The notes beneath the pieces are model-generated. The model searched no databases and had not been told where the DNA came from. It saw only the letters and a list, made by a program, of their open reading frames with translations. This document shows, one piece after another, positions 53,147-62,247 of a DNA stretch of 64,000 nucleotides. Source of the stretch: an uncultured Solirubrobacterales bacterium (GTDB lineage: Bacteria > Actinomycetota > Thermoleophilia > Solirubrobacterales > 70-9). Positions within the stretch are counted from its first letter, which is position 1, and each line of letters begins with the position of its first letter. The translations under genes were made by a program, and so were the position numbers. The DNA is taken from assembly GCA_963840565.1 (NCBI GenBank), contig CAWIZH010000003.1, positions 150,210 through 214,209 on the forward strand. The letters are read 5' to 3'.

Positions 53147-54055
53147 CTAGACTATGCCGAGCTCGGTGACGTCGAAGAGGCCGTCTTCGTTCGGTTCCAG
53201 CTCGACCAAGCGAGACTCACCACCACGGGCAGGTTCCAGCAGGTGGAAGCACACCCGTGCGTGGCGCCGGAGCCCAGGGAACCGGATGCGGATCTGCGTG
53301 CGGACGAGGATCACCGAGCCAACCGGCGGGCGCGCCTCGCCGACTGCCTGCGCACGCCAGAGGCGGTGCGCCATCGCCCGAAGATGCCAGCCCATCGGCA
53401 TGTCGAGGTAGGACCGGCCCTTCCGGGTCCAACAGGCAATGTCCGTCCCGTCCTCCTTGTCGCCACCACGGGGCACGGCGAAGCGGAGCGGCTTTTCCTC
53501 GGGCAGATAGCCAGCCGAGTAGAGGCCGGCCAAGCGCTTACGTTCCTCCCGGCGGTCCCAGCCGATATCGAGGCGGTCCGCTCCCCAGGCACAGACTCCG
53601 AGCAGAGCGCCCACGGCGAGGATCGCCAGCGCCAAGAGGCTGGCTTCTTCGGGCCGGGCCGACCAGGATGAACTGGCGAGCACTGCCGCGACGACGATGC
53701 CCGTGAGTGCCAGCGGCAGGATCATCAGCGCTCGCATCGGCGAGCCCGGCAGCCGGGCGAAAACGCTGACGAAGACGAGCAGGACGGCCGCGACCACAAG
53801 TGGCATCGCGGTCTGGGTTAGATCGTGGTTGCTGATCGCCGTGTTTTGGTGCAGAAGGGCGACGCTGAAGTAGGCAGTCGACCCGGCCGCCGTGAGCACA
53901 GCGACGATCGCGAACAGTTCGAACACTGCCAGCCCCGCCTTGCGCCGGCCGCCGAAGAAGAGGGCGAAGATCGTGCCGACGCCGAGCGCGCCCGCCAGAG
54001 GCACGAGCGCCTGCAGGGCGGCGCGATCGCCGGGGTTGAGGACCTGCTCTTTCAA
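53147..54055 (-). CDS. hypothetical multi-TM membrane protein with soluble C-terminal domain
   Basis: About six hydrophobic segments followed by a ~130-aa charged domain. No recognisable family. Confidence 0.45.
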   Translation of the reverse strand: MKEQVLNPGDRAALQALVPLAGALGVGTIFALFFGGRRKAGLAVFELFAIVAVLTAAGSTAYFSVALLHQNTAISNHDLTQTAMPLVVAAVLLVFVSVFARLPGSPMRALMILPLALTGIVVAAVLASSSWSARPEEASLLALAILAVGALLGVCAWGADRLDIGWDRREERKRLAGLYSAGYLPEEKPLRFAVPRGGDKEDGTDIACWTRKGRSYLDMPMGWHLRAMAHRLWRAQAVGEARPPVGSVILVRTQIRIRFPGLRRHARVCFHLLEPARGGESRLVELEPNEDGLFDVTELGIV

Positions 54056-54146
54056 CCTGCTTCCCTTCGCCGAAAGGCCCGGCAGCCCTGCCGGTGCCGA
54101 GCGCCGTAGCCTGGTCTCCTAAGCGCCAATCCCTTCAGGAGGAACC

Positions 54147-54524
54147 ATGACCATCTCCATCACCGGCGTCGACTTCGCCACCGTCTTCGTCACCGACTAT
54201 CCGGCCGCGATCGAGTTCTACTGCCAGACCCTCGGCCTCGACCACTCGGCCGACTACGGCAAAATCCCTGGCGGCGAGGTCGAGACCGGCAACCTCACCC
54301 TGCAGGTACTGGATGCCGCCGCAATCGGCCGCGAGTTCCAGGCCAGCGGCCACCCGATCGCCTTCCACGTCGAAGACGTCGAGGCAACCCGCGCAGAGCT
54401 GGAGTCGAAGGGCATCACCTTCCTCGCCGAGACGATGGACAGCGGCGTCTGTCACATGGCCCACTTCACCGACCCCGACGGCAACGCCCTGATGATCCAC
54501 CACCGCTACGCGCCTCGCGACTAA
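54147..54524 (+). CDS. VOC (glyoxalase/bleomycin-resistance fold) family protein
   Basis: 125 aa, with FYCQTLGL...HPIAFHVEDV...FTDPDGNALMI, a pattern typical of VOC proteins. Confidence 0.75.
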   Translation: MTISITGVDFATVFVTDYPAAIEFYCQTLGLDHSADYGKIPGGEVETGNLTLQVLDAAAIGREFQASGHPIAFHVEDVEATRAELESKGITFLAETMDSGVCHMAHFTDPDGNALMIHHRYAPRD

Positions 54525-55459
54525 CCACTGGCGGCGATGCCCTGGCGCCAGCTCGGGTGATGCGGCTGCCAGCCCAGTTCGCGCTTTGCCTTCTCGTTTG
54601 AGGCACCCCTGATCTCGGTCATCATCACCGCCGCCGCCTCGCCGGCCAGCAGCCGCCCTGCCCAGCGCGGCACGTGGCGGGGCGGCTTGGCGCCGAGGGC
54701 GCTGGCCACGGCCGGCAGCCACTCGCGCACCGGGGCCGGCTCGTCGTCGACGACGTTGTAGATGCCGCGCCGCCCACGCTCGAGCGCAGCGACGGTCGCC
54801 TCGGCGGCATCGGCGATGTGGACGAAGGACCAGATGCCGGCGCCGTCTCCGACGACCGGGAACTTGCCGCTGCGAATCATTTCGGTGCTTTCACCGCCGG
54901 GGGCTAGCGAGGTGTCGGGGCCGTAGAAGCCGCCGTAGCGGAGCACGATCCCGACCGTCCAATCGGCGCCCGTGACAGCGTCCTCGACGTGGCGAATCGC
55001 CTCCAGCGAGCGCCGCATCGAGGCGACCGGCTCGGTATCGAGCGGGTCCTCCTCCGTCTTCACCGGCCCGCCGCTGCGCGCATAGGGCCAGCCCGCGTAG
55101 CTCTGGGCGACGAAGCGCTGCACGCCGACCGCGCGGCCGGCCGAGAGCAGGTGGTCGGTCGCCTCGGTCCGCAGCCGGTTGGTCAGCTCGAAGTCGCGGT
55201 CGAAGTGACGCAGGCCCAGTGAGCCCGAGAGCGCCGTCAGCTCGTGCACGATCGCCTCCGGCTCCGCTTCCGCGACCGCGCGCGCCACCTGCTCGGCGTC
55301 GAGCGCGTCGGCGACGACCGGCTCCGCCCCGAGCGCCCGCACCAGCTTCGCCTTGCCGGCGCTGCGCGTCATCCCGACCACCTCGTGGCCGCCCGCCGCC
55401 AGTCGTGGCAGCAGTTGCCTGCCCATCGCGCCTCCAGCTCCAGCGACCAAGACCTTCAT
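54521..55459 (-). CDS. NAD(P)-dependent epimerase/dehydratase-family (atypical SDR) oxidoreductase
   Basis: The MKVLVAGAGGAMG Rossmann motif. The ATG at 55459 is preceded by AGGAG. Confidence 0.75.
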   Translation of the reverse strand: MKVLVAGAGGAMGRQLLPRLAAGGHEVVGMTRSAGKAKLVRALGAEPVVADALDAEQVARAVAEAEPEAIVHELTALSGSLGLRHFDRDFELTNRLRTEATDHLLSAGRAVGVQRFVAQSYAGWPYARSGGPVKTEEDPLDTEPVASMRRSLEAIRHVEDAVTGADWTVGIVLRYGGFYGPDTSLAPGGESTEMIRSGKFPVVGDGAGIWSFVHIADAAEATVAALERGRRGIYNVVDDEPAPVREWLPAVASALGAKPPRHVPRWAGRLLAGEAAAVMMTEIRGASNEKAKRELGWQPHHPSWRQGIAASG

Positions 55460-55563
55460 GACTGCTCCTTTCGTCGGTTCTACAGGTGGGACGAAACGGA
55501 GCGCCACCTGTGACATGGAGGCGGCTTGATCAGAACGAGCACGGGTAGAGGAGGGAGAGCCCG

Positions 55564-56469
55564 ATGAGCGAACGCCGCACGTCCGAGACGACCGAATTCG
55601 AGCAGTTGCGGAGGTTGACCTTCGCGATTGCCTACCGGATGACCGGCAGCGTCAACGACGCTGAGGAAATCGGCCAAGAGGCCTTCCTCCGCCTCGAGCG
55701 CGCCCGCCACGACGGCGAAGAGCTCGAGTCACCCAAGGCCTGGCTCTCGACCGTGACCACCCGCCTCGCGATCGACCACATGCGCTCCGCCCGCGCCCGC
55801 CGCGAGCAGTACGTCGGGCCGTGGCTACCGGAGCCGCTGCTCACCGATGACGCTCCAGGCCCAGCGGAACATGCCGAGGTGGCGGATTCCCTCTCCCAGG
55901 CCTTCCTCGTCCTGCTGGAGACCCTGACACCGGTGGAACGCGCGGTCTTCCTCCTCCGCGAGGTCTTCGGCTACGACTATCCGCAGATCGCCGAGGCGGT
56001 AGGCAAGCGGGAAGAGAACTGCCGCCAGATCGCAGCCCGAGCGCGAAAGCACGTGGAAGCAAGGCGGACTCGCTTCGACGCCGACGACCGCCGCCGCGAA
56101 GAGCTCCTCGAGCGCTTCCTAGAGGCCAGCGAAAGCGGCGACGCCGCCAGGCTGAAGACGATGCTGGCGGCCGACGCAGTCGTCTACAGCGACGGCGGCG
56201 GCAAGATATCGGCAGCCCGCCGCCCCTCCGCCGGCGTAGACCGCATAGCCCGCTTCATGGTCAAAATCACCCGCAGCCGACTCGAACGAGGCGACTTCCG
56301 CCGCCGGCCCGCCACGGTCAACGGCCAGCCAGCCCAGCTCCTGATCACCCCCGACGGCACTGTCTCCGACGTCCTGATGCTCGACATCGCCGACGACGAA
56401 ATCCAAGCGATTCGCATCGTCCGCAACCCCGACAAGCTGAGGCATCTGCAGGCCCTGAAGAACGCGTAG
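55564..56469 (+). CDS. sigma-70 family sigma factor with extended (SnoaL-like) C-terminus (SigJ/ECF41-like)
   Basis: AEEIGQEAFLRL, VFLLREVFGYDYPQIAEAVGKREENCRQIAARAR and a ~120-aa C-terminal extension. Confidence 0.8.
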   Translation: MSERRTSETTEFEQLRRLTFAIAYRMTGSVNDAEEIGQEAFLRLERARHDGEELESPKAWLSTVTTRLAIDHMRSARARREQYVGPWLPEPLLTDDAPGPAEHAEVADSLSQAFLVLLETLTPVERAVFLLREVFGYDYPQIAEAVGKREENCRQIAARARKHVEARRTRFDADDRRREELLERFLEASESGDAARLKTMLAADAVVYSDGGGKISAARRPSAGVDRIARFMVKITRSRLERGDFRRRPATVNGQPAQLLITPDGTVSDVLMLDIADDEIQAIRIVRNPDKLRHLQALKNA

Positions 56470-56481
56470 TATTCTTTACCA

Positions 56482-56721
56482 ATGACCGAGAAGGTAAAGA
56501 ACCAAACCAAGGTGTCCAGCAAGCACCAGGTGACGATACCCGTAGCCCCTTTTCGCAAAGCAGGGTTCGAGCCCGGCGACCTTTTGAAGGTCGAAGCCGA
56601 AGGAGCCGGCCGAGTCGTCCTGACACGAGTGGATGAGCTGGTCGATCGCTACTCCGGCTGCCTCAACACCGGCGGCGACCTAGGCGAGCGAGTGCAAGGA
56701 CTGCGCGAGGAGTGGCGGTAG
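56482..56721 (+). CDS. vapB: AbrB/SpoVT-fold antitoxin (VapB-like)
   Basis: KVSSKHQVTIPVAPFRKAGFEPGD swapped-hairpin motif. It overlaps the PIN gene by 10 nt. Confidence 0.75.
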   Translation: MTEKVKNQTKVSSKHQVTIPVAPFRKAGFEPGDLLKVEAEGAGRVVLTRVDELVDRYSGCLNTGGDLGERVQGLREEWR

Positions 56722-57116
56722 TTCTCGACTCCGACGCGGTCGTCGGCTTCCTCGACCGCAACGATGCGCTCCACGACGCAGCGGACGCAGCAATCCGTGA
56801 TCTCATCGGCAAGGAACGACTGCTCGTCTCGGTCGTGACCTACGCAGAGGTTCTAACCGGCGCCCGCCTGGGCCACCACGACGAACACCAGGTCAAGGGC
56901 TTCTTCAGCGACCTGATCTCAGAAGTTCTGCCGATCGATGTGGAGGTAGCCGACATGGCAGCCGACCTTCGCTCACGCCGCAAATCACTACGAATGCCCG
57001 ATGCCATGATCCTGGCGACGGCGGAGATCCAGCCAGAAGTCGGCTTGATCGTGACCGGAGATACTCAGGTGGCCAAAGTCACCGGACTCAGCAGCAAAGT
57101 GCAGCTGCTGAACTAG
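56712..57116 (+). CDS. vapC: PIN-domain toxin (VapC-like)
   Basis: VVLDSDAVVGFL (first acidic residue), the later D/E residues (MPDAMILATA; TGD), and a length of 134 aa. Confidence 0.75.
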   Translation: MAVVLDSDAVVGFLDRNDALHDAADAAIRDLIGKERLLVSVVTYAEVLTGARLGHHDEHQVKGFFSDLISEVLPIDVEVADMAADLRSRRKSLRMPDAMILATAEIQPEVGLIVTGDTQVAKVTGLSSKVQLLN

Positions 57117-57183
57117 CAGAGCTGCCGGTTCGGGCTCATAACCCGGTGACTATCCGGATGAAACCAGAAGGTTGCTATCCCCT

Positions 57184-57777
57184 CTAAAAGCGCGACGCTT
57201 TGGTCGTCTCCTCGCGGCGAGCCACCACCCAATGCCTCATTGATTCAAATCGAATTCGAATTCCTCTCCGGCGATCGTAGAGCCAGTCGCTTTCATCCCA
57301 CTCTTCCATCAGGGTTGCCACAAAAATGGAGGGAAGGATTAGGACAACCGCCACTGGGAGCCAGGCGATTCCGATCAGCAAGCGCCAGAGGTTTCCCGCT
57401 CGAACCAGGAGTGCCATTCCCAGAAGCGGAAGAACCAGCCGAAGGGGCGCGAGAGCCCGCCGCTCGCATCGCAGGTCAGCTTCGAGCTCGGCGATTGCTG
57501 CGTCGGGATCGGGCCAGGGCCGCAACGTCCAGGAAACCGGAAAGAAAGCAAAGAAGATACGACGCAGATCGAGCTTGGCCACCCGATTCGGAGCGATGGC
57601 CCGGGCGGCAAGGGCCATGCACTGTGCCGCCCGGAAAGTCGCCGGCTGCGTAGGGGGCAGTAGCCAGGCCGCTGTCCGTTCGGCGAGTAGGTCGCGGATC
57701 GCCTTGAGCAGGCCGAAAAAAATCCACAGCAGAACCCATCCTGCGACAACCGCAGCAGTGAGCGCTCCCTCCCTCAT
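57184..57777 (-). CDS. hypothetical membrane protein co-transcribed with PadR
   Basis: Several hydrophobic segments. The ATG at 57777 overlaps the PadR TGA (ATGA). GC is lower than the window average. Confidence 0.5.
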   Translation of the reverse strand: MREGALTAAVVAGWVLLWIFFGLLKAIRDLLAERTAAWLLPPTQPATFRAAQCMALAARAIAPNRVAKLDLRRIFFAFFPVSWTLRPWPDPDAAIAELEADLRCERRALAPLRLVLPLLGMALLVRAGNLWRLLIGIAWLPVAVVLILPSIFVATLMEEWDESDWLYDRRRGIRIRFESMRHWVVARREETTKASRF

Positions 57778-58106
57778 GCCGGCAGCGTTCCCCCGATGCG
57801 AGACCTCCGCGACGAAGTCCGTGCGGCGTGCCACTCCGCCAAGAGGCCTTGAGCCTCATCCGTCCCCCGCAGTGTGTACAGCCGCCGCGGTCGACGTCCT
57901 TCATCGACGGCGCCCTGAAGATCCTCCCAGGCGGAAACCAGAATCTCGCGGCTCTCAAGTCGGCGCAAGATGGGATATAGCGAGCCCGATTTGAGTTCGG
58001 TCTCAATGACTATCTCCCGGCCGTAACGCTCCTTTCCGGGGTCAGCGAGAAAGCAGGCGAGAACTGTCGCCGTCTCATCGCTGATGCGCCTCCTCCGTCT
58101 GGCCAC
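57774..58106 (-). CDS. PadR-family transcriptional regulator
   Basis: YGREIVIETELKSGSLYPILRRLESREIL...RRLYTLRGTDE winged-helix pattern. Confidence 0.8.
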   Translation of the reverse strand: MARRRRRISDETATVLACFLADPGKERYGREIVIETELKSGSLYPILRRLESREILVSAWEDLQGAVDEGRRPRRLYTLRGTDEAQGLLAEWHAARTSSRRSRIGGTLPA

Positions 58107-58213
58107 CGCATAAATCTACCATGTAAGCATTAGTGCTAAGAGCACGGATCCGGAGGATTGGCCTCACTTGCTGGGGTTTGGTGCCCAAATTGGTACCCAC
58201 GGTGATGAGCGAT

Positions 58214-58618
58214 CTACGAGGCGATCCCGCCAACATCTCGCGAATCCCATCCTGGTGTTCGGGCCCCGCCGGGCATTTCGTCGATCCTCTCGACCAGCAC
58301 CTCGTAGTCGACCAGTCGGAGGCGCAGCATCTCGCGTGCGTAGTCCCAATCGCGCGCCCTGCCCGCCGCACACTTGGCGAGCACTAGGTCGTGGAGCTCC
58401 AGGCACAGAGCGATGGGATCGGCCTTCTGGCCGGGCCGAGGCGGCACCTTGACCCTGATCAGGCGATCGCGCCAGCCCGCTGGACCCTTCATCGTCTCCG
58501 GACCAACCCCGTGGGCGTAATAGCCGTATAGGCCCTGGAAGGAGGAGCCCTCGCCGAGCGCCGCTTCGATCTCAATCGCTTTCTCGGGATCGCCCCGCGG
58601 GTAGACGTCGACCTCCAT
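58214..58618 (-). CDS. hypothetical protein resembling the C-terminal part of small nucleotidyltransferase-fold TA-type proteins
   Basis: EVDVYP...GYYAHGVGPET...PAGWRDRL...CLELHDLVLAKCAAGRARDWDY. The family assignment comes from memory of similar proteins and is unverified. Confidence 0.35.
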   Translation of the reverse strand: MEVDVYPRGDPEKAIEIEAALGEGSSFQGLYGYYAHGVGPETMKGPAGWRDRLIRVKVPPRPGQKADPIALCLELHDLVLAKCAAGRARDWDYAREMLRLRLVDYEVLVERIDEMPGGARTPGWDSRDVGGIAS

Positions 58619-58636
58619 CGACTTTGCGCATTGGCG

Positions 58637-59329
58637 CTACCGGACCTCTTCGAGGATCCGGCGGCGCTCGGCCTCGCTGAGCAGTCCGGCGAAGGGAGAG
58701 TTCTGACGCAGGTCGCGCCCGCGAGCATCGTCGGCGCTGATCAGCCGGCGGATCTCGGGCACGGGCTGGGCCAGAACCTGCTCCCACTGCAGGGCATAGC
58801 GGGTGTCGATCCTGCCCTCCTCCTGCCAGCGACTGATCTTGCGGGCCGCCTCATCGACTATCGGGCGCCGCAGGCGCGGTGCCAGAGCCCGGTGGTAGGC
58901 AAGACCGCGCAGCTCGGAGCGGCGATGGGGGTCGGTGTCCTCATCGATCTCAAGACCGCGCGCCGGTCGCATCCGCTCGGCCCGCTTGCGGCTCTTGAGG
59001 AGCGGCGGCTCGAGGACGTGACGGCGGCGGGCGCCCCGGCGGCGCTCCTCGCTGACCTGTTCGTGGAGATCGAGCAGGGCCGGAACCGGGACCTCCTTGC
59101 GCCCGCGCTCGGAGATCACCACGGGCACGTCCCCCGCGTTGATCCAGTTATTGAGCGCGGTGTGGCTCACCCCGAGCAGATTCGAGGCGAGATTTCGCGA
59201 GACGGTGCCGCCGATCGAGTCTTCGAGGTCGTGACGAACGGCGGCGACCTCGGGGTTGGGAGAGCTGCGCTCGGCCCTGCGCAGGCGGGCGATGTTCCCG
59301 AAGATCCTGGTGCGCTCGGCGGGTCCCAT
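58637..59329 (-). CDS. HTH-containing hypothetical protein (putative antitoxin/regulator)
   Basis: HTH-like LASNLLGVSHTALNNWI. It is in the same reading frame as 58214-58618, separated only by a TAG plus 5 codons. Confidence 0.45.
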   Translation of the reverse strand: MGPAERTRIFGNIARLRRAERSSPNPEVAAVRHDLEDSIGGTVSRNLASNLLGVSHTALNNWINAGDVPVVISERGRKEVPVPALLDLHEQVSEERRRGARRRHVLEPPLLKSRKRAERMRPARGLEIDEDTDPHRRSELRGLAYHRALAPRLRRPIVDEAARKISRWQEEGRIDTRYALQWEQVLAQPVPEIRRLISADDARGRDLRQNSPFAGLLSEAERRRILEEVR

Positions 59330-59331
59330 CC

Positions 59332-59459
59332 AGCAACTTTAGCAATGACTTTCAATCTTTTGCAATTTCTAGCAACTTTGAACCTCGCTCTATAATTGCA
59401 ATAACTAGATATTTACTGCAATCTTTACGCCTGGAGAAATCCCTCTAAGAGGCAATCCT
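59332..59459. promoter_or_regulatory. AT-rich array of GCAA-containing direct repeats (iteron/operator-like)
   Basis: AGCAACTTT (59332) AGCAATGACTTT CAATCTTTT GCAATTTCT AGCAACTTT (59371) ...TTGCAATAA...CTGCAATCTTT...GGCAATCCT. Confidence 0.5.
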
Positions 59460-59534
59460 AATAGCTACCTCGCTGCCTGAACTCTCATCGCGGTGAGGCC
59501 AATCCCTGCCGCTGCGGAGCCGCAGCGCGCTCCG

Positions 59535-59909
59535 CTACCCGGACTGGCCTTCCTGAGCCGCCTGCTCCTTAACGCGGCGGGCAGCCTTTGCGTAGGCAAT
59601 CATCCGGTCGCGACGACCAATCGCCAGCACCACACTCGTCGCCGGTGCGCCGTCTGTCGGCTCGTTGCGATAGACGAAGCGGTAGCGCGGCTTGCCCCGC
59701 CAGTCCGGCTCGTCGAAGCGGATCTTGCGACAGCCTTTCAGCACGCGGGGAGGCTTGTCCCCCATCAGCTCGCCGTAATGGGGGTTGCCGTGAAGCTTGA
59801 CCACGATGCGGGCGACCTGACGCTTCAGGACTTCATCGAACTGGTTGGCGTCGATCGTGGCCTCGGCCAGGGCTTCGACCTTGTGCTTAGCCTCCGGGGA
59901 GCTGCCCAA
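59535..59909 (-). CDS. RelE/ParE-superfamily toxin
   Basis: 124 aa, with KIRFDEPDWRGKPRYRFVYRNEP...VVLAIGRRD, resembling RelE/ParE-type toxins. It is preceded by an overlapping antitoxin gene. Confidence 0.6.
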   Translation of the reverse strand: MGSSPEAKHKVEALAEATIDANQFDEVLKRQVARIVVKLHGNPHYGELMGDKPPRVLKGCRKIRFDEPDWRGKPRYRFVYRNEPTDGAPATSVVLAIGRRDRMIAYAKAARRVKEQAAQEGQSG

Positions 59910-60243
59910 CGAACTCCCCCATCCCGATCTCCGTGAGGAAATCGCCGGCGCTCAACCGCTCGCCATCGCTCTTCGCGAGGCGCTCCTGCAGGAATAGCGC
60001 CAAGCCGGCGTTCTCCAACTCCTCCTCCAGCTCTTCGATCCTCTCCTTGGCGGCGACCAGGTCCACCGTGGGAACCAGCGACGCCGATCCCTCCTGACCC
60101 CGCGTAACGATCTGGACCACGTTGCTCTCCAGGTCAGGGGAGGGCTTGCGCCGCGAGGACGCCCTCTTGACGAGCTGCGGCAAGTTCCGTCGCGCCTCAC
60201 TTGTGCCAAGCGCTACCGGCTTCTTGTCCCTGGCTGCTGCCAT
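59887..60243 (-). CDS. Phd/YefM-like antitoxin
   Basis: LGTSEARRNLPQLVKRA at the N-terminus (Phd/YefM pattern). It overlaps the toxin gene by 23 nt. Confidence 0.55.
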   Translation of the reverse strand: MAAARDKKPVALGTSEARRNLPQLVKRASSRRKPSPDLESNVVQIVTRGQEGSASLVPTVDLVAAKERIEELEEELENAGLALFLQERLAKSDGERLSAGDFLTEIGMGEFVGQLPGG

Positions 60244-60357
60244 GCCACAAGCGTACCACTAGTTGTACAAGTCCTGGAACGTTTGTACGACGTCGACCTA
60301 TTGGGGGGGGAATCGCGGTCATCCGAGCCTTAACGAAGAAACGACCGAGGGGAAGAC

Positions 60358-60705
60358 ATGGCCTGGACGAGCGGCGACTTCGATGGACGACTGACCGCGA
60401 GAGCAGCGGTCGCCTTTGTTTTTGGCGAGAAGACCGCGCAGCGGCACCTGCTCGACGCGGTCAGAGACCGAGACGTCGTCTACGCCGCTGTGAGATGCGG
60501 AGGCACAAAGAAGGTCTGGGGCATCGTCCTCATCATCAAGCGCGAAGGGAAACGCCTTCACGTCAAGCGGATCAGCGAGGACATGGGTCCATATGACGAT
60601 CGCTGCCCGTTGAGGATCCTCGACCTGCTCAGCGAGACGAGCAACGAGATGGCGCGCGACTGGCGCGCTCGCTGCCGGGCTCGAGGCGAGCCGATCGCGA
60701 TCTGA
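60358..60705 (+). CDS. small hypothetical protein (MGW/MAW-start family, possibly DUF6927-like)
   Basis: MAWTSGDF...EDMGPYDDRCPLRILDLL...ARDWRARC. The assignment is from memory only. Confidence 0.35.
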   Translation: MAWTSGDFDGRLTARAAVAFVFGEKTAQRHLLDAVRDRDVVYAAVRCGGTKKVWGIVLIIKREGKRLHVKRISEDMGPYDDRCPLRILDLLSETSNEMARDWRARCRARGEPIAI

Positions 60706-60733
60706 AGCGGCGCGCGCGACAACGCAGGGACAA

Positions 60734-60807
<74 letters not shown>

Positions 60808-60843
60808 GGGAGACAGGCGACTGGCGCCCGGGCGGGCATTATC

Positions 60844-61938
60844 TCAGGGTCGCTGGATTTGGAGGCGGAAGGGTCCCGCGTGGGCACGGGTTGAGGTGAT
60901 TTCGAGGCGGAGGCGGGGCTGGCCGCAGACGGTGTAGTCGAGCTGGTGCAGGGGGCCGAAGCCGTGGCGGGAGCTGCGCAGAAGCCTGCCGGCACGGCTA
61001 CGAAGGGCCAATTCGTAGCCGTGCCTGCGCAGGCGGCTCGGGCGCAGGCTGACCGTTCCGTCGAGCGGCGTTCGCAGGGACTCGACGGCTGCGCCCTCCC
61101 CCCTGGCCGGTACTCGCCCGGCCAGCACGAAGCTGGTCCGCCCCTGCCAGGGCGTAAGCGTGTCTTCCCGGATCGCCTGGAAGGCGACCGGGTCCGGTTT
61201 CAGCGCCGGCATGTAGCGCCACTGGACCGGGAGTTCGGGGAAGCGGAGGTGAGCGAAGGCCTCGGCAAAGGCCTCACCGGGGTCCTCGAAGTAGTGGCTG
61301 CCCTCGTCGCCGGGATAGAGCCGCCCGCTGCGCTTGCCCTGGCAGACGTTCTCGAGGCTGGCCCAGCGCTCCGTCCCCCAATCGACCGCGCTGCCGAAGG
61401 GCGACGGCATTTCGCGGTGGGTGGCGACGTGATGCCCGTACTCGTGGGCGAGGACGAAGTCGAAGGTCGCGCCGTCGCCGTCCTCTTCTTCGTAGCCACC
61501 GATGACGATCTTGTTCTCGCCGGTGAAGTAGCAGGCCTCGGCGCCGAAGCCGCAGTCGAAGCCAAGCTGAAATTCGGTGTCGAGCTGGACCGTGAGCAGT
61601 TCGACCTCGGGGCCGTGGATCAGGCTGCCGATGAAGTTGGCGACCTGCTGCGGGTCGGTCACGTTGCAGCTCTCCGCGCAGGCCGCAGTGACGCTGACAG
61701 CGATCGTCGCTTCGCTGCCGTCATTGATCGAGTAGCGCTGCGACGACGCGGATGCGGATATCCGCGCCGCCGCAGCACCGGGCTCGCCCAACACGACATC
61801 GCGCATCGGTACCGCGGGTGGCGGCACCTCGAGCGCAACGCCCGGACTGGGACGCTCGGCGGCAGCTCCTCCCGGAGCCGCCAGGAGAAGGAGAGTCATG
61901 GCTATGCCCGCAAGCGCCCCCGCCGGGCGCCGGCTCAC
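60844..61938 (-). CDS. exported putative zinc metallopeptidase
   Basis: Signal peptide (GIAMTLLLLAAPGGAAA) and an HExxH-type motif VLAHEYGHHV. Confidence 0.5.
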   Translation of the reverse strand: MSRRPAGALAGIAMTLLLLAAPGGAAAERPSPGVALEVPPPAVPMRDVVLGEPGAAAARISASASSQRYSINDGSEATIAVSVTAACAESCNVTDPQQVANFIGSLIHGPEVELLTVQLDTEFQLGFDCGFGAEACYFTGENKIVIGGYEEEDGDGATFDFVLAHEYGHHVATHREMPSPFGSAVDWGTERWASLENVCQGKRSGRLYPGDEGSHYFEDPGEAFAEAFAHLRFPELPVQWRYMPALKPDPVAFQAIREDTLTPWQGRTSFVLAGRVPARGEGAAVESLRTPLDGTVSLRPSRLRRHGYELALRSRAGRLLRSSRHGFGPLHQLDYTVCGQPRLRLEITSTRAHAGPFRLQIQRP

Positions 61939-62247
61939 GGAGCGGGGCCCGAATCTCTCACGGGGTCGGTCTCTTCTCCGGTTCCAGCCGGCACAGCGCA
62001 GGCAGCGGTGGGCATGTACGCGGGGAGCGCCATTGCGAAGGAAGACGATTCGTGAAGATCACGGGGCGGATCCCTGGCTCCGCGTGGATCTGGTCTTCAC
62101 GTCAACTTCGAACACCGTAGCGGGCATTGCGCCGGGAGAAAAGAAACCGCCATACCATTGGCGTACCGAAACTGATTTGCCGTGTCTGGACGGTTGGATC
62201 GCACGCAAGACACAACCGATAGAGAGTCCCTTACGTAGTTCGCTGCG

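Noticed and set aside
57117-57183. A terminator or palindrome in the vapC / membrane-protein convergent spacer (CCGGTTCGGGCTCATAACCCGG).
   Set aside because: The arms are imperfect (CCGGTT versus AACCCGG needs a bulge) and short, with no T-run, so they are not distinguishable from chance.
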